From Takakia lepidozioides (Eukaryota > Plantae > Bryophyta): a DNA stretch of 64,000 nt. Below are positions 1 to 14,330 of this stretch, piece after piece. The translations under genes and the position numbers were made by a program. Every line of letters begins with the position of its first letter. Position 1 is the stretch's first letter. The stretch lies in assembly GCA_030704615.1 (NCBI GenBank), contig CM060731.1:9920001-9984000 (forward strand), in the 5' to 3' direction. A model generated the notes under the pieces. That model was not told the DNA's origin, did not search any database, and saw only the letters and a program-made list of their open reading frames with translations.

Positions 1-407
1 TCATCACAAAAGCTAATTGCAGGTCTGGAGATAAATCTCCGGAACCAGGCTCAAAGCATATCAGGTTCGAAATGAAACAATCAACCACTCATGCCTTAAG
101 TTCACATGCCAATCATAGTAGTAATAGGCTTGGTTATATAAACCAATCACCATCTCAGTCACTGTAAGCATATACATTTCATGAGCCATTCTCCAGCCTC
201 TCCCTCACTCGCAGTCCAGCCCCACACACTCCCTTCTCCATCAGTTCATCAGTCCTAAGATCATTCCTCCGCCATACACCCCAGCCTCTTACTCACTTAG
301 ATTTACCCTAAACCTTGCTCGGTTCTGCCTCTACCTCTGCTTTACACAAACCCTACCCTAAACCCTACACATCGTGAAAACGCTCAATTGCTTCCACAAT
401 CTGAGAG

Positions 408-420
408 GAACTAAGGGTGA
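408..420 (-). repeat. 13-bp LINE target-site duplication TCACCCTTAGTTC (partner at 14885-14897, + strand)
   Basis: Reverse complement of 408-420 is identical to 14885-14897. It sits where homology to the second LINE copy ends (…GAGTACAATG). Confidence 0.85.
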
Positions 421-1970
421 CATTGTACTCATAAGACGTTGTTTGCCGTAGCCTTGTGGCCATTGACCCCGCGCCCAGTTTGAGCGGGAACAAAAGGAAC
501 AGAACCTACCTCTGTCAGGGGCTGACGTTGGTAGTAAGACTTACCTTCATATAAAGAATTAATCCGGGTTTCCAGATATCCTCTAGAAATCCCTTCACAC
601 AAGCATCAATCTGATGTGTGTGATTTGCCCAAAAACTAGGCCTCAGGAGGGCCTGGGCTTTTGGCTCAGCCTCGAGACTTTCAAAGTTGGTAAACAGGGG
701 TACAGGCACAATTCCCTTGATAGAATTGAAGAGAGCGTCTCTTTGGTGAGAGAACCCCGGATAGTGTATCAGAAAATGAATATTGTCTTCAGATTGCCCA
801 CACAACGGACAATTGCACTCTCCCTTTCCTCTCTTCTTCTGTTTGTTTCAAAGGTAGGCTTCCTGCCCTGAGTTTAAATTTCAGTCTAGTGCCGAGAGTG
901 GGTAGACCCTTGAGGTCATCCAAGATGTCGTCCCCCATGTCACTGACTGGAAACAAGTTCAGGGAAGTTTTCTGCCTAACTTCATTTTCATCAGACAATC
1001 TCATGGCAACAGACATGGCTGAGGACACTACAGCCTCTAAGTCAGATTTATCCAGCAGGGTCAAGACTTGCGGATCCAGGTCCAGGTCCTTGAGAATCTC
1101 TTCTACTCTCTTCTACCAGGACTTAGCCTGTTTGACAGGGCGGTCCTGTTTCCAAGATATAGAGTCGATTAACTTAGGATATCTGGTCTTGGGCATATGT
1201 TGCAGCTGACCCCACCATCTGACCTTGAATTCATGTCGTCGGAAGCTTAAGGACGGAATGCCAAACTCACCCTGAACAGCCACATTGGCTATTTTGGAGC
1301 ATGCTGACATACACTCCTTAAGCACCCCCACTTGAATGGATTCTACAGACTTAGCCTGGTTGGAGTTATCAGCCCATATAGCAGATTTGTACTTCCATGC
1401 AGGTCTAATAACGCGACAAAGCATGGTTTTCTAAACCTCAGAGTTGACACCTATGCAGTGGAAAAATTTAGTGAGCCCCAGACCTTTGCCTTTGCGAGTT
1501 TGAACAACTTTCCGGATATGTGCATCCCAATTACAATTGGAGGAAAACTGAACGCCCAGGTAAGTGTAGGGTTTAGGGTGGACCGGGATCTCTTGGGTAT
1601 CCCACTGCCACTGAAGATCACTTCCTCCCTCTCCTCTGTCGTTGAATGCTACCACTGCACATTTGTTGACATTAGCCTCTAGCCCCCAAAGATCAAAGTA
1701 TCTCTTCGCGCAATCAATCAACTCATGGAGATTGGTTGGAGTCTCTCCTATGCATGCGAAGTCATCCGCAAACATAAGGGCTGGTATGGTGGTATCACCC
1801 ACCCTTAACCCTAAATCCCTCGCTTTCCACATCCTCGAGGAGTTGATTGATGAAAACATTGAAGAGCAGAGGGGAGAGAGTACATCCTTGAGCTACACCT
1901 TGGTCTATGTCAAAGAAGTTGGACTTCTGTCCGTTAACAGTGACACAGCTATGTGAATTCAGCATAGCTA
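421..1970 (-). mobile_element. 5'-truncated non-LTR retrotransposon (LINE): RT C-terminal half and 3' UTR; its first 15 bp lie at 14898-14912
   Basis: Minus-strand RT motifs GVAQGCTLSPLLF, ALMFADDF and YTYLG. The C-terminal HFLIHYPGFSHQR and the 3' UTR match a second copy at 48230-48468. Frameshifted. Confidence 0.85.
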
Positions 1971-3895
1971 CGGCGTGAGCCCAGCCCCGTGAGCCTGGGA
2001 GCTGAGCTCACGTTGTAGCTGCAAAGCGTGAGCTGAGCTCACGCTTCAAGGAAGCGTGAGCGGCACAAATTTGCTGGAGAAGCAGGTCCTATAGGCGAGG
2101 ATTGCAAGAAGAGGGCCTATTACCGTGGACAAAACAAAGGGGGCCACCATGCACCATGTCTACCATGCCTGCACAAAAAGAGTAATATGAAAATATGGCA
2201 GAATAGAGCTCAGAATGATTGACACACTCTATTTCAATTCACAGATAGACGCTTACAATGAATGGCATGTGCATTTGCCCTGGTTCCGTGAACGAAATGT
2301 ATGTTTTTGTCCTAAATGCAAAGTCTTCACACGGTAACCTTGAAACCAGTATGGGAAGTGGGCATGGCTCGTATGTGTTCAAAGAGAATTTGGCTGAGCC
2401 CTACGTGAGGTGTCCCGCTGCAGAAGGGTGATGACTTCTCCGTAGCCTAGTGTGGCTTGGTGAATGAATTGGTCTCTCTTACCGTCGCAACACATAATTA
2501 CAAGGTATATGTAATATTGATGCTTGCAGGGGACCCACTTCCCTCTCATGCCGAGAGCGCCCTCACGCATCGTTACAAAATCCGGACAAGTGCAAGTAGG
2601 GAAATTCCCCACGGTAACCTGATATTCTTTGCCATGAAGAACTGAGCCAATAGACAGCACTGTGTAAATCCGTCCATACCCCGGGGCAGGGACTTCGGTG
2701 ATACGAGCCACCCGAGCCTGCAAAATTCTAGCCGATTCCATCTTGCATTCGTGATCTGCACCCGAAGCGACACGGCGCACTGTTTTTCCATCTCTTTTTG
2801 TTGGGTGGGAGTCGGCACCGGGTGGAGGCATTGCCGGAGCTTGTGGCACATCTGTGCGGACAATGCACAAGGGCACCACTCGGGATCGTGCAAGACAAAA
2901 CCCTCCCTCCTCCAGCATGCTTATCTCGGTTGTTGACAACGACGTCCCAAGTTTCACAGGCCAAATTGCGGGGGGAGGGGGTTTCATTATCACCGAAGGA
3001 CGAACTGTTTCCTTGACGCATCGTGCCATATCGTCTGGGCAGAACCAGAACTTGTGGTCCTTTGACTCCCCACTATGATAAGGTCGGAACAACCCTGTGA
3101 ATGTTGGAGCTGGAGTCCCCCTGGAGCCTTTGCATATTTTTGATTTGCATTTTTGAAAGAGGGGGTCCGAATTGCCATGCAAGCAACTCTAGATCCTGGT
3201 GGGGTGCGTTCTATATGCCACTCACTATCAATGCAATCAGATTCCTGCACCATGGCCACCACCTCCTCCAATGGGATTCCTGCTGCTGTGCTTGCATGTT
3301 CTGCACCTGCTCCACAGGAGGAGGACCCACCTGGGAAGGGGCCGGCACAGGACTTAGTCTGCACTGGAGACACCTTTGGCACAGAGAAATTGACCCTGTC
3401 TGGGTGATGGGAATCTCCATCTGAACCTGGAAGAGTGTTCAATTTCCTTTTGCATGATCCAAATCTTTCCTCGCCTTCCAAATGAGGGAGCCTGGATTGC
3501 AATGGGGAGCCTTCAGTGCACCTGTTCAGAGCTTTGGCCATCTTGGATGGGTCTCCAGACCTACTCGCAGCCCTTAGCATCAACAAAGTCGAACCGGGGC
3601 CCTTGCCTCCACCCCGTCCCATCAGAAAATTGCGGTACCTGGTTTGTTGTGTGAGTGCCCGCACCATGTCATCAGCAGTGGCCACATACAAGTCACGACC
3701 TGCTTTGGTAGATTGCTGCATCCAGGCGTTATAAACAGTCTCCGCCAAATTACAGGATGGCATGTCGGCCAAGTCCTCCAAGGACATTTCCTGCACGAGG
3801 CATTGCATGGAAATGTGAGGAAGGAAAGGAAATGGAAGAGGTTCTTCAAGCGACAATCCAAGAACCCCAAATGAAGAGGCATGTTGCAAAATTTC
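1971..3895 (-). mobile_element. 3' arm of the large Mutator-like cargo transposon (terminus at 1971)
   Basis: Terminus (TA)CGGCGTGAGCCCAGCCCCGTGAGCCTG with subterminal GTGAGC motifs, similar to ends at 14913, 53399 and 54700. Contains the transposase C-terminus. Inner boundary approximate. Confidence 0.8.
2379..3790 (-). pseudogene. Transposase C-terminal exon (catalytic Glu region plus SWIM zinc finger), one frameshift
   Basis: Acceptor TGCAG|GAA at 3790, then EMSLEDLADMPSCNLAETVYNAW (N-x-x-E motif of MULE DDE). SWIM motif CTCPDF…PCKH. Confidence 0.75.
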
Positions 3896-5675
3896 TGATT
3901 TTGGGATTCGAGAGGCGGACCAACTCCAGGCGTTTGCCTCTCATTCTGGTTCCACTGACAAAGGTCCGCTTACTCCTGAAGCATAGCAACATTTCCAGCA
4001 AGTATTAAAGGATATCAAGGTAAGTGATCACCTTGCTCCCCAGCAAATTAATCGCCTGCATCAGTTTCTACATGACAATCTCGACATCTTTAGTCAAGGG
4101 CTTCATGACTTGGGCCGCACCACCCTTCTGGATCATGACATCATCACGGATGGTAAGCCTATCAAACAACATGCCTACAGGGAGAGTTTACGTGAGCGCA
4201 AGGTCAGTCAGGATGAGATTACCAAGATGCTTGATGCTGGTGTAATCACCCCCTCCATATCCCCTTGGACCAGTCCCATTGTCTTGGTGGGTAAGAAGGA
4301 TGGCTCAACCCGTTTTTGCGTTGATTTTCGGCGTTTGAATGCCATCACAAAGAGGGATGTTTACCCTTTGCCACGCATCAATGAAACGCTTGATCAACTG
4401 AATGGGGCCACTATCTTCTCTTCCTTAGATTCAGCCTCTGGCTTTTGGCAAGTTCCTTTAACTGCTGCTGCTAAGGAGAAAACTGCCATCACCTTCAGGA
4501 TGGGCCTCTTCCAATTTGAAACAATGCCTTTTGGCCTTTGCAACGCCACTGCTACATTTCAGCGCTTGATCGATATAATTTTAGGAAACCTTCGTTGGGA
4601 GTGTGCCTTGGTTTACATTGATGACATCAACATTTACTCTACAACGTTTGATGCTCATCTGTTGGATTTACAACGGGTTGCGTGCAGACTTCGTGCAGCC
4701 GGGCTTAAGGTTAAAGCCAAGAAGCGTGATTTTTGTATGGAACAGCTCCATTTCTTGGGCCATCTGCTTTCTGCTGCTGGCATCAGTCCTGACCCTGCTA
4801 AGATCCAAGCTGTGTGGAACTATTCAGCCCCTCGGGATAAAAACATGCGTTAAAGCCTTCTTAGGCTTGGGTTCTTACTATCGTCGCTTCATTTTTCAGT
4901 TTGCCAAGTTAGCTGCTCCCTTCACTCGCTTGTTATCCAAGGATGCTCGTTTTGTATGGGGTACTGCTGAACGTCCGCATTTGAGAAGCTCAAAATTGCA
5001 CTAATTTCTGCTCCTGTGCTTGCCTATCCTGATTTTACCTTGCCATTTCTCTTGCAAACTGATGCCAGTGATCTAGCTATCTTTGCTGTGTTGAGCCAGA
5101 TTCAAGATGGTCAGGAGCATGCCATCGCCTACGCCTCTCGCCACCTTGATAAACATGAGCACAATTACTCTATCACTGACAAGGAAGGCCTTGCAGTTAT
5201 CTTTGGAGTCAAATATTTTAGGCAGTATTTACATGGCTGTCATTTTACCATTGAAACTGATCATCTACCTTTAAAAGCCTTGCTAACCCCTCGTGAACTC
5301 ACTGGCAAGTTAGCTAGGTAGGCTCTCATCTCCTACAAGCGTGGGAAGGATAATGTTAAGGTTTGACTCGAGGCGAATCCAAAATCCCTGCACCTTACAC
5401 TACCTTAAATGATCTAGTCTCCCCTGCTGCACGATCTCCCTCACCTACTGTACCTATTTCAGATCCCTATGCCTTGTGTCATTTGCTGGACTATCCTTAT
5501 GTTCCTCCAGATTTGCTTAACACTTGGGATCTTCTAAAGTTTGATGTTGGTTGACTCTCCCCTGGTATTGGCATGAATTTTGGTCTGGTATCCTGCAGAT
5601 TGGTCTGGTACTTTCCCTTGCCTAAGAAACTGCTCATCTTGTCTTGCGTCTGCCTTGGTTTGTTTCCTGACCAAG
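3896..5675 (+). mobile_element. Ty3/gypsy pol fragment (RT-RNase H), degenerate
   Basis: SPWTSPIVLVGKKDGSTRFCVDFRRLN, YIDDI, LQTDASD, TDHLPL. Frameshifts and stops. Confidence 0.9.
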
Positions 5676-6400
5676 TGTCGCGGCCCTTTGCCTCGAGGGC
5701 AGGGGGTCGGGACACGAGAGGGGCTGCCCCTGTGGTGGGGGCAATGGCAACAATAGATGCGGGGGCTGAAGCACCCTTGAGTGCCCAAGGCACTCAAGGA
5801 GGCGGAGGCGCTCACTAGGTGGAGCCCCGCACACCGGGTTGCGGTGGGGGTGGTTCCACGAGGGGTGGTGGTAGCTTAGTGGGACTTAGTGGGGGTGGCA
5901 TAGGACCACCATGGGGGCGGAGACCTTGTGGTGGGAGTCGTGGGGAGTCTTGGGACTCATCACAGTCCAATGGGACCGTGGTGGGTGGGCCAAGACTCAC
6001 CGCGACTCATCACCGGGAGTCGAGGGTTTTCATGGTGGTTCGCCATAAAAGGATGGTGTTGTTTGTGAAACCCCCGCGGACAGTCACAGAAGTATATATA
6101 GGGAGTGGTAACCCCGAGAACGGTGCAAGCCCGTTGGTGACCAAAAACTAGTGAGTAAGCGTGCGAGCTGGAAAGCGACCAAGGTGTGGGGAGCTGTTCC
6201 GGACTGCCATCGACCAAAGGGAATTTCCACTTGGCCCAAATTGAAAGAGCGTCAAGTGGAGGAGTAAAAGGGGACCGTTATGTCCCGGGGAGCAGCCGAA
6301 GCTCCGAATTGGCCCGGTGGCTAGTTTGGGAGTTAGGCGCGCACATCAAAGCGAGTAACTATGACTTGAAGGGGAGTTTACCGAAGTGAGGTGCGCGACA
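5676..6400 (+). repeat. 5' LTR (TGTCGCG…CGCGACA)
   Basis: 7-bp terminal inverted repeat, immediately followed by the PBS. Confidence 0.8.
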
Positions 6401-6402
6401 CT

Positions 6403-6415
6403 TGGTATCAGAGCC
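6403..6415 (+). promoter_or_regulatory. Primer-binding site for initiator tRNA-Met
   Basis: TGGTATCAGAGCC 2 nt after the LTR end. Confidence 0.9.
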
Positions 6416-9119
6416 TAGAGTTCAGTACGCGATCGTGCTTGGATCGGCCTCATCATGGGGTCGGGCAAGCGAAAGCGAAAGCGGAATGACCCAAAAGATG
6501 ATGATCCTGGTGAGCCCGATGGGGCGACGTGTCACCGAAGCGGCAATTTGAGGAGGCGATTCATGCTTTTGAAAGCGAGGCCACTCAAGAACGGGAGGAA
6601 TCTGGGGAGTCAGAGCCCGAGGACTCCCCGGAGGCTCCGCCAGACCAACAGATGTCTTCCATGCCAGCAGCCTTTGGGAAGGGTTGTTGGCTCAATTTGG
6701 CGGGACGTTAAAAGACGTGTTGAAGGCGGCTAATGCCACTTCCACTAAGGCAAAGTTGCCTAAGGAACCCGACACCTTCAAGGGCGTCCAAAATCGGAAG
6801 ACACTCAATACCTAGCTCTTGGAGCTAGAGCAGTACTTCCGGGCGGCCAAGTTGAGTGACGAGGATCGGGTGGAAGTGGCTCCCACCTATTTGAGGGGCT
6901 ATACTCAACAATGGTGGCAGAAATGCCTTCACGACCAAGGTCCAAACCCAAAAACCTTGAACTGGAGTGGGTTCAAGGAACTTATGAAAAGACAGTTTGT
7001 TCCCCTCAACGCGTCCTGGCTCGCCCGGGACAAGATGAGGAATTTGAAGCAAACAGATGACATTCGGGGATATGTTTCAGGCTTTCAATGTGCTGTTGCT
7101 CGAAGTAGCGGATATGGCAGAACCAGAAATGGTCTTCAACTTTGTGGCGGGACTGGCCCCATGGGCCAGGCGGAAGTTGGAGGAGAAGCCACCTAAGACT
7201 TTGAACGAGGCAATTGAAAGGGCTGAATGTTTCTCGGATGTCCCTAGGGGCGAAAGACAAGGCCGTACGGAGCTAAACCACAAGAAGACCCAGCGGGAGG
7301 GTGATTCCTTTCGACCGGAAAAGAAGTGGGATAGGCCACGCGGCGACAATGGCACGTGGAGATCGAAGGGAGGTCCTTCTCACGTCAAGGCAGCACCTGG
7401 TGCTCCGAAAGGAAAATCGGGTGCGGCGACTTATGGCAGAAAGAAGGCGACCTTCGATGGAGTGTGTTTTAATTGCGGGGAGCCCGAGCACATGGCTAAG
7501 AAGTGCACGAAACCCCGACAATTGAACATGACTCGGGCTTCCACAGAGTTGTCCGAAGAGTCCATCAGCCGCTTGGGGGAGGCGGTGGTCGCCAAGATTT
7601 GCAAGGTAGGCAACTACTCTTGTGAGTTGTATCAGGAAACTGACGCCTTGCGTAAAGGGAGTCAGTTATTGTTCGTGAGTGGGATAATCTCCGGAACTAA
7701 CGTGTCGTTGTTGGTGGACACATGAGCGTCGCACTCTTTCATGACACCGGCAACGGCACGGAAGCTGGGGCTCCCGACAAGTGATATGGGGGCCATCATT
7801 GAAGTACGTTCGGCCAAAGGAGAACCACAACGGGCGACAAGGATGGTGTTCGATGTTCCTCTTCAGTTGGGGAGTTGGGAGGGACGTGAGAACTTCACCA
7901 TTTGCGAAATCGATGGAGTTGTTCTTATTTTGGGGATGACCTTTTTGAGCAAATCCGGAGGGGTCATAGATGGCCACAAGAGAGAAGTCACACTACCGTG
8001 TGGGAATGGTGGCGAAGTTTTACGAGTGTAGGAAACCCCCAACCCAGTGGGAGGGCGAATAAACCTGCTGTCAGCAAAGGAATGGGTTGTGGAGGAGCAC
8101 ATGAGCCCCAGTTTTTGCTTTACGTAAGACAAGTGAAGGGAGAAAGCGATAGGGAGCCGAACCCAGATTGGATCAAGAGGATTTTGGAGAAATACCAGGA
8201 TGTGATGCCGGAGGATTTACCAAGCGGCTTGCCACCGCGAAGAGGAGTTGACCACAAGATTGAGGTGATAACGGGATCGGAGCCGCCTGCCAAGGCGCCC
8301 TACCGGTTGAGCCACAGAGAGTTGGTCGAGCTGAAGGCTCAGCTCAAGGATCTAATGTCAAAGGGGTACATCCGGCCGAGTAAGTCACCCTACGGAGCCC
8401 CCAGACAAGAAGGATGGGACGCTGCGGATGTGTGTCGATTATAGGGCTCTGAATAAGGTGACTATCAAGAACCGGTACCCTTTGCCAAGAATCGACGACC
8501 TCTTCGATCGGTTGGCAGGAGCGAAATATTTCAGCTGGATCAATTTGCGCTCGGGCTACCATCAAATCCAAGTGGCGGAAGGAGATGATGAGAAGACCGC
8601 GTGCGGGACAAGATATGGTTCATATGAGTTCTTGGTGATGCCTTTTGGGCTCACCAACGCACCCGCGACCTTTAGCACGCTAATGAACAGCCTTTTCCAG
8701 GAATGGTTGGATGACTTTGTGATCGTGTACATCGACGACATCTTGATGTACTCGAAAACAAAGGAAGAGCACTTGGAGCACCTCAAAAGGGTGTTCCAGA
8801 AATTGCGGGAAGGGAAGCTGTATGCCAAAGCTTCAAAGTGCGAATTTAGGATCACAAAAGTGGAGTTCCTAGGGCATGTGATTACACAGGATGGGATCAA
8901 AATGGATGACAGAAAGGTGAGGGCGATCTTGGACTGGGAGCCTCCGACTTCGGTCCCGGGAGTGCGATCCTTCCTAGGACTCGCATCCTATTACCGGAAG
9001 TATATGAGAAATTTCGTCAAGATCGGGGGGGCCGCTGTCAGACCTTCTGTGTCAGTCCAAAGTCTGGGTATGGAACACCTAGCTCCAGTCCTCAAAATCC
9101 CGGAGTTCGACCGTCCATT

Positions 9120-12100
9120 CACTAGAAGAAAAACGCGGAATAACCATTGGCCCTTTAACCACTACTTTCTTTGTCCACTCTATAAACCACTAGTAACCTC
9201 TTGCCAGTGGTTAATCCCAATGAAATGCCATGGTGGCATCACAGATAGTGGTTGGAAGTGGTTTCAACCACTCAGTAGTCCACGTGTAATAATTTGTTTT
9301 TATTTATTATTATTAATTTGGTAATACATTTTAATTAATTAATATAATATTCGACGTGGACGAGTGCAGTGGTAAATTGTGAGTGGTTATAGACACCTCA
9401 GTGATGGGAAGTGGTTGAAACCACTCGCTACTCCACGTGTAATAATTCAAATTTTATTTGTGATTTATGATTTGGAAATATATTTTAATTCATAAATATA
9501 ATATTCCACGTGGACTGGTGCACGTTGATCTTGAGTGGTTAAAGACACCTCATTGATTTGTACCACTTTGACAGTGGTGGAGAGTGGGTGGTGAAAGATA
9601 CTGCAGTAATTGGAACCACTATTCTAGTGGTTGCTCATGAGTGGTTGCCTACAGACAAGTGATTGGTACCACTTTTTGGGTGATACATGAAAAATTTTAA
9701 GTGGTTTGTGCAGCTGTGACAGACTTTGAAAAACAGACAAGTGGCCAGACCATTGTGGCATGATGATATTGAACAAATGGTTCCAACAATAAACTTTATT
9801 CTGAATCTGAAACATATTCGTCACCCTCTGAATCACTTTGCTCAATTGGAATAGCGGTTGGTTGCACAAACGCCGCTTGAATGGTAGCCAACATTATTTA
9901 GAGCCGTGGCACCATCTAATGACCTAGGTATTGGCTGATCTGATAAGGTGGACGGTGCCTGAAGGCCATCGAAATCTGCATTTTCGCCAATGTCACATTG
10001 ATCTATGTCCGCCACAATCTTTTTTGCTCTTGGATCCTTCCGAAGGACTACCTTCCACTCCGAACTTGGGGACTCATCCGAAAAGAACACTTGTTCAACT
10101 TGAGATGGAAAGATGAATGGCTGATCATTGGCGGGTAATATCCTCCCAAAATTTGCAAGTAGAAAACCATACGAATCCCGCTTCATTGTAGCATTTTGTC
10201 CAACGAGGTTGGCCCTCATCCAGGCACAATGAAATACAATGGGGTGCACTCGTCCATAATCCAATTTGAAGATCTCTTTGATGACCCCAACGTACTCTAA
10301 TGGTGACATGATTGGATTTCTATCACGCACACTATTTCTGCTCTGTTGTTGGAAGACGGATGCAACTCCGGAATCAAAAGAGACAAGAAGACGACTCTCC
10401 GTGTCATCCACTTGATAATGATTTCCATACGCCTTCATGCCACGAAATGAAGCTGATCTCAATGAGGGGGGAGTAGACAAATGAATTACATCCGTATCCT
10501 CAACACCATGCTCAGAGACATGGGCCTAGACTGCATGGTGTATCCATACCGGTAGGGGTGGAAACTCCAACAAATGGGGAGGGTATGGCACCGGAAGGCG
10601 GCAGTGACGTCGACGATTGGCACGCCACTCACGAGCACATGCCTCTCTATCTGCAATGAACTGTGCCTTCTCTGTTGCATACTTTCTGTCACACCGGAAC
10701 ACATGTGTCTAGTTCATCTGATGAACTAGCAAATGGGTCATGACATCAAAGAAAGAAAGAGGGAACTCTTTCTCTAACAGACATAAGATTACAGCAACAT
10801 CCTCACGCAATGAATCTATTTCATTAGGGTCCCATACTTTGGCACAAATCCGGCAGAAAATGCGACTCACACGTATAATGACCCCACGTGGGCCCCCCAC
10901 CATGCAATGGCGAATACACACAGGTAAAATCTGTTGCATTAAAACGTGATAATCATGGGACTTCATACTCGTCAAATGTTTCCTAGACGGGTGTATGTGT
11001 TTTTGAAATGCACTTGCAAATCCCGAAGGAGTTTTGATAGCCCCCAAAGTATCAAGAAATATCGTGATTTCAGCGGGAGTGAGAACATACGGTGCTGCTG
11101 GTTTCATGATACGTGAAGGGTTTTGTGGATCAGGCCGAAGCCACAAGTAACGTCTAATGCTGATTACCTCCATGTCGTTCTTCACCTTCACCGTGTCCTT
11201 CCGTCCGAAAATCGTCTTCAACAAGTTTTCACAAAAATTCTTTTCGCAATGCATGGGATCCAGTAAATAGCGTTGCAACAGAGCCTGCAATTGGTGACAC
11301 CATTTCAGGAACATTCCGACAGATTGCAGTCCTATACAAATCAGATTCCTTTATGAGCACTATATACTTCCATGTCTAAAGTGGTTGTGATGCATGACAG
11401 TCCCTCCTCAGTGGTTCAAACAACTCCTGTAGTGCATTATTAGCCTTTCAAGTGATGTCAACAACTTCCTGAGCATCATGGATACTATCTTTTACCATTC
11501 CACGAGTTATTAATGTGAAGTCCAAATTACATGCAATACTGCTACTTTACCACTCGGAAAGTAAGAAGTAACCGCTACAGGGGCACTACCTTTTCCATTT
11601 ACAAAGAACATTGAACTCAAACAAGTACAAGTGCAGGGGGTACCTTCCAGTATGGTAAATCCCATAGGCAGCTGCACCTTTTGATACCATGAACCTTGGC
11701 TGGATGAACTTCAGCATCAAGAAAAACACGGGGGTCAAGGTCATAACCTTCAGCCTCAACACCTGCGGCCTCTTGTTCAACCGGTGTGAACGGATGTGGC
11801 TTCGCACGCATCTCCACCTGTCCATTGAAGTGTATGCGGTTCCTACGGTATGGATGGGCCTGAGGGAGGAATCTGCGGTGACCTTGGTAGACACTTTTGC
11901 CCAGAACTTTTGAGTGTCTTGCATCTACATGAGGACTGCATACTGGACACCCTTTGTAGCCTTTTGTGACACATCCTGCAAGTAGGCCATAAGCAGGATA
12001 ATCGTGGATGCTCCACAGTAGTATGGCGCGTAGTATGAAGGTTCTCTCACCAACAGGTTTGCATATGTCATATGCCTGAACCCCCCTCCACAAAACAAGT

Positions 12101-14330
12101 AACTCCTCCATCAGTGGTGCTAAGTACACATCTATGTGCTCACTTGTAACTGACTGCTTTCCTGGAATCAAGAGAGTAAGCATGACAAAGAACTTATTTG
12201 TAGTGAGCCAGGGAGGTAGGTTGTATACCAGCATCAACATTGGCCATGTTGACCAGCAATTGTTCTTATCACCAAACGGGTTGACTCCATTGAAAAAAAA
12301 ACCAAGCCTTACATTGCGAGGCTCTGCTGCAAAGTCGGGCCAAGTAGCATCAATGTGTTTCCAAGCCTTTGAATCAGCTGCATGGCGCACAAGGCCATCG
12401 TTGCATGCATTCCGACTGTGCCATGTCATTAATTCTGCAATAGAAGAACATATATACATACGCAAAAGGCGTGGTATCAATGGAAAATGGCGAAGCACCT
12501 TAACAGGTACCTTGGATCTCCCCACATTTTTGAATCAGGCGCTTTGACACTTGGGGCAACTCTCTGAAGTTTTCAAGTCCCCCCTAAACAACACACACCC
12601 CTTTGGGCAAGCATCGATCTTCTCATAAGCAAGCCCAAGCTTGCTCACCATGGTCTTTGCATGGTAGAAAGATGTGGGTAGTACGTTTGGTTGTGGCAAC
12701 AAGGTTTTCTGCAGCAAAGAGAACATTTCAACCGCAAAGCCATTTGTAACCCCATGTGTTGCGCATAGATTCATTATAAGCATGGTGGATGCAAGCTTAG
12801 AGGATTTACAGCCTTCATACAAAGGTAGACATGCCTCTTCCAATGAGATGGGATCATCAGTGTGAGAGTCCCCACCCGCAACCGGGTCATGGGCTAAGGA
12901 AGGGATGTTCGTGTCACCAGGAACATCTAGGTCATCTAATTCCACTTCTGCCCCATTTCCAGTTTCAGGTGTGTCTATGATCTGAAAGGTCTCTTCGATC
13001 ATGCGTTGTACCTCAACATTTCTGTCCAATTCTCCCTGTGTCCGAAGATTTGCTAAAGCTACGTCGTCACCAACCACCACGGCCGTGTCTTCCCATTCAT
13101 CGTCAGAAGCATGCCTCCTTGCTCCTCTCCAGGATCTGAACGCAGGGGATCTATGATTGGCCATTAGATGTTTTCTCACTCTCTCTATAGAGACCGGTCG
13201 TCCACCCTTACAATGATTGCAAGGGCATCTTAACTTGTTGAGACCATACTCTCGACACCGCGCAACCTCACGCTGAAAAAGAGCATCGTCGCGCTGTTGT
13301 AATCTCAGCATGGCAACTGTTCTGTCAGGCTCCATGATGCTAAGGAATTCATTTCCTGGTATGAGGGGAAAATCAAGATTAATATACCAAGTCCCTAAAA
13401 AGCAAGAATTTCAACAATCTACTGTACATCTCTACTCATAGAGTTGTAAGGTACCACTTTCTGAGTGGTTGTTTCACACCTCATATTTCAACTTTAGAAC
13501 TACAAAAAGAGTGAGTATGACTCTGACAGTGCAGAAAATGGAAAAAGTTGCCTCTTGTCATCTACAAACCACCTTCTTAGTAATATTCAGAGTGGATTGA
13601 ATCACTACGTGGTGACCTAGCAGACCCTACTTCTAGGTACAAGCTATAGTGCTTTAAGATAGGATGTCTTGAAGGTTGTGAGCAGTAGCCCAGCCCATCA
13701 TATGCATTTGTAGTTAGCACAAAGCTGTTAGCCCGTCTGTTGTCATGTGCTTATATCTACAGCCTCCTCCATCGCTCAATCTGAATGTGCACTTGTAGGG
13801 TTTAGTTAGGCTCAATCTCTTTTCAATTTTGTTGAAGGAGAGTGCAGGTTCTATGGCAAAGAGTGAACGCAGCCCAAAACATTTGAACGACGATGGCATT
13901 GGAGGCGATTTGGCAAGAGCACCTGGTTCAGCAGAGAGCGAAAGTGGAGGAGAAGAGGAGTCACTTACCCCAGGAGAATGCGAAGGGATGGTGGAATATG
14001 AACGGTATCGTGCTATCAGGGTAGCTGAAAACAAAGCTTGGTTGTTGGATTGGAGCTCCAAGGGCACTACACTATAAGTCGAAGTTGTCTCCATGCTCGA
14101 ATACTGTTCATGCGATGATTCCTTCCCTCCTTCATTGCATTGTTCCCTCCTTCCCTGCACTTGCAATGCGATCGCAGCACCTGAGCTGAGAGATGGCCTC
14201 CCCTGTGTTGCTTCCACGCCAGACTTACGTCTGTTTCATGAAAGGTAGTTGATGTCCCAAGAGCCCCTAGAAGACTGCCATGTCAGCAAGATGTAGTGGT
14301 TATGGACACTAGTGTTGTGGTTAATATGTA
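9120..14330 (-). mobile_element. CACTA/EnSpm DNA transposon with degenerate TnpD-like transposase; one terminus visible
   Basis: CACTAGAAGAAAA terminus at 9120 with AACCAC/GTGGTT subterminal motifs. Minus ORFs: 13335-12535 (CPCxxC, CPKGC), 12525-11617 (Transposase_21-like PRNVRLG…STWP…YNLPP…DYPA), 11314-10709 (DPMHCEKN, MKSHDYH, FFDVMTHL) and 10480-9842 (DUF4216-like PFIFPSQVEQVFF). Right boundary approximate. Confidence 0.88.

Larger units (their letters stand above)
5676..9119 (+). mobile_element. Ty3/gypsy LTR retrotransposon: 5' LTR, gag (CCHC knuckle), protease, RT; cut by a CACTA insertion
   Basis: [35 protein letters not shown]. Frameshifted. Confidence 0.9.

Noticed and set aside
300-370. 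Telomere-like ACCCTAAA motifs
   Set aside because: Only a few scattered copies, not a tandem tract.
3896-3902. CTGATTT at both inversion junctions as microhomology
   Set aside because: It is in direct orientation, whereas an inversion would need inverted homology. Probably coincidence.
14300-14320. CACTAGTG as the second CACTA terminus
   Set aside because: It does not match the CACTAGAAGAAAA TIR, and the ATT duplication is absent.
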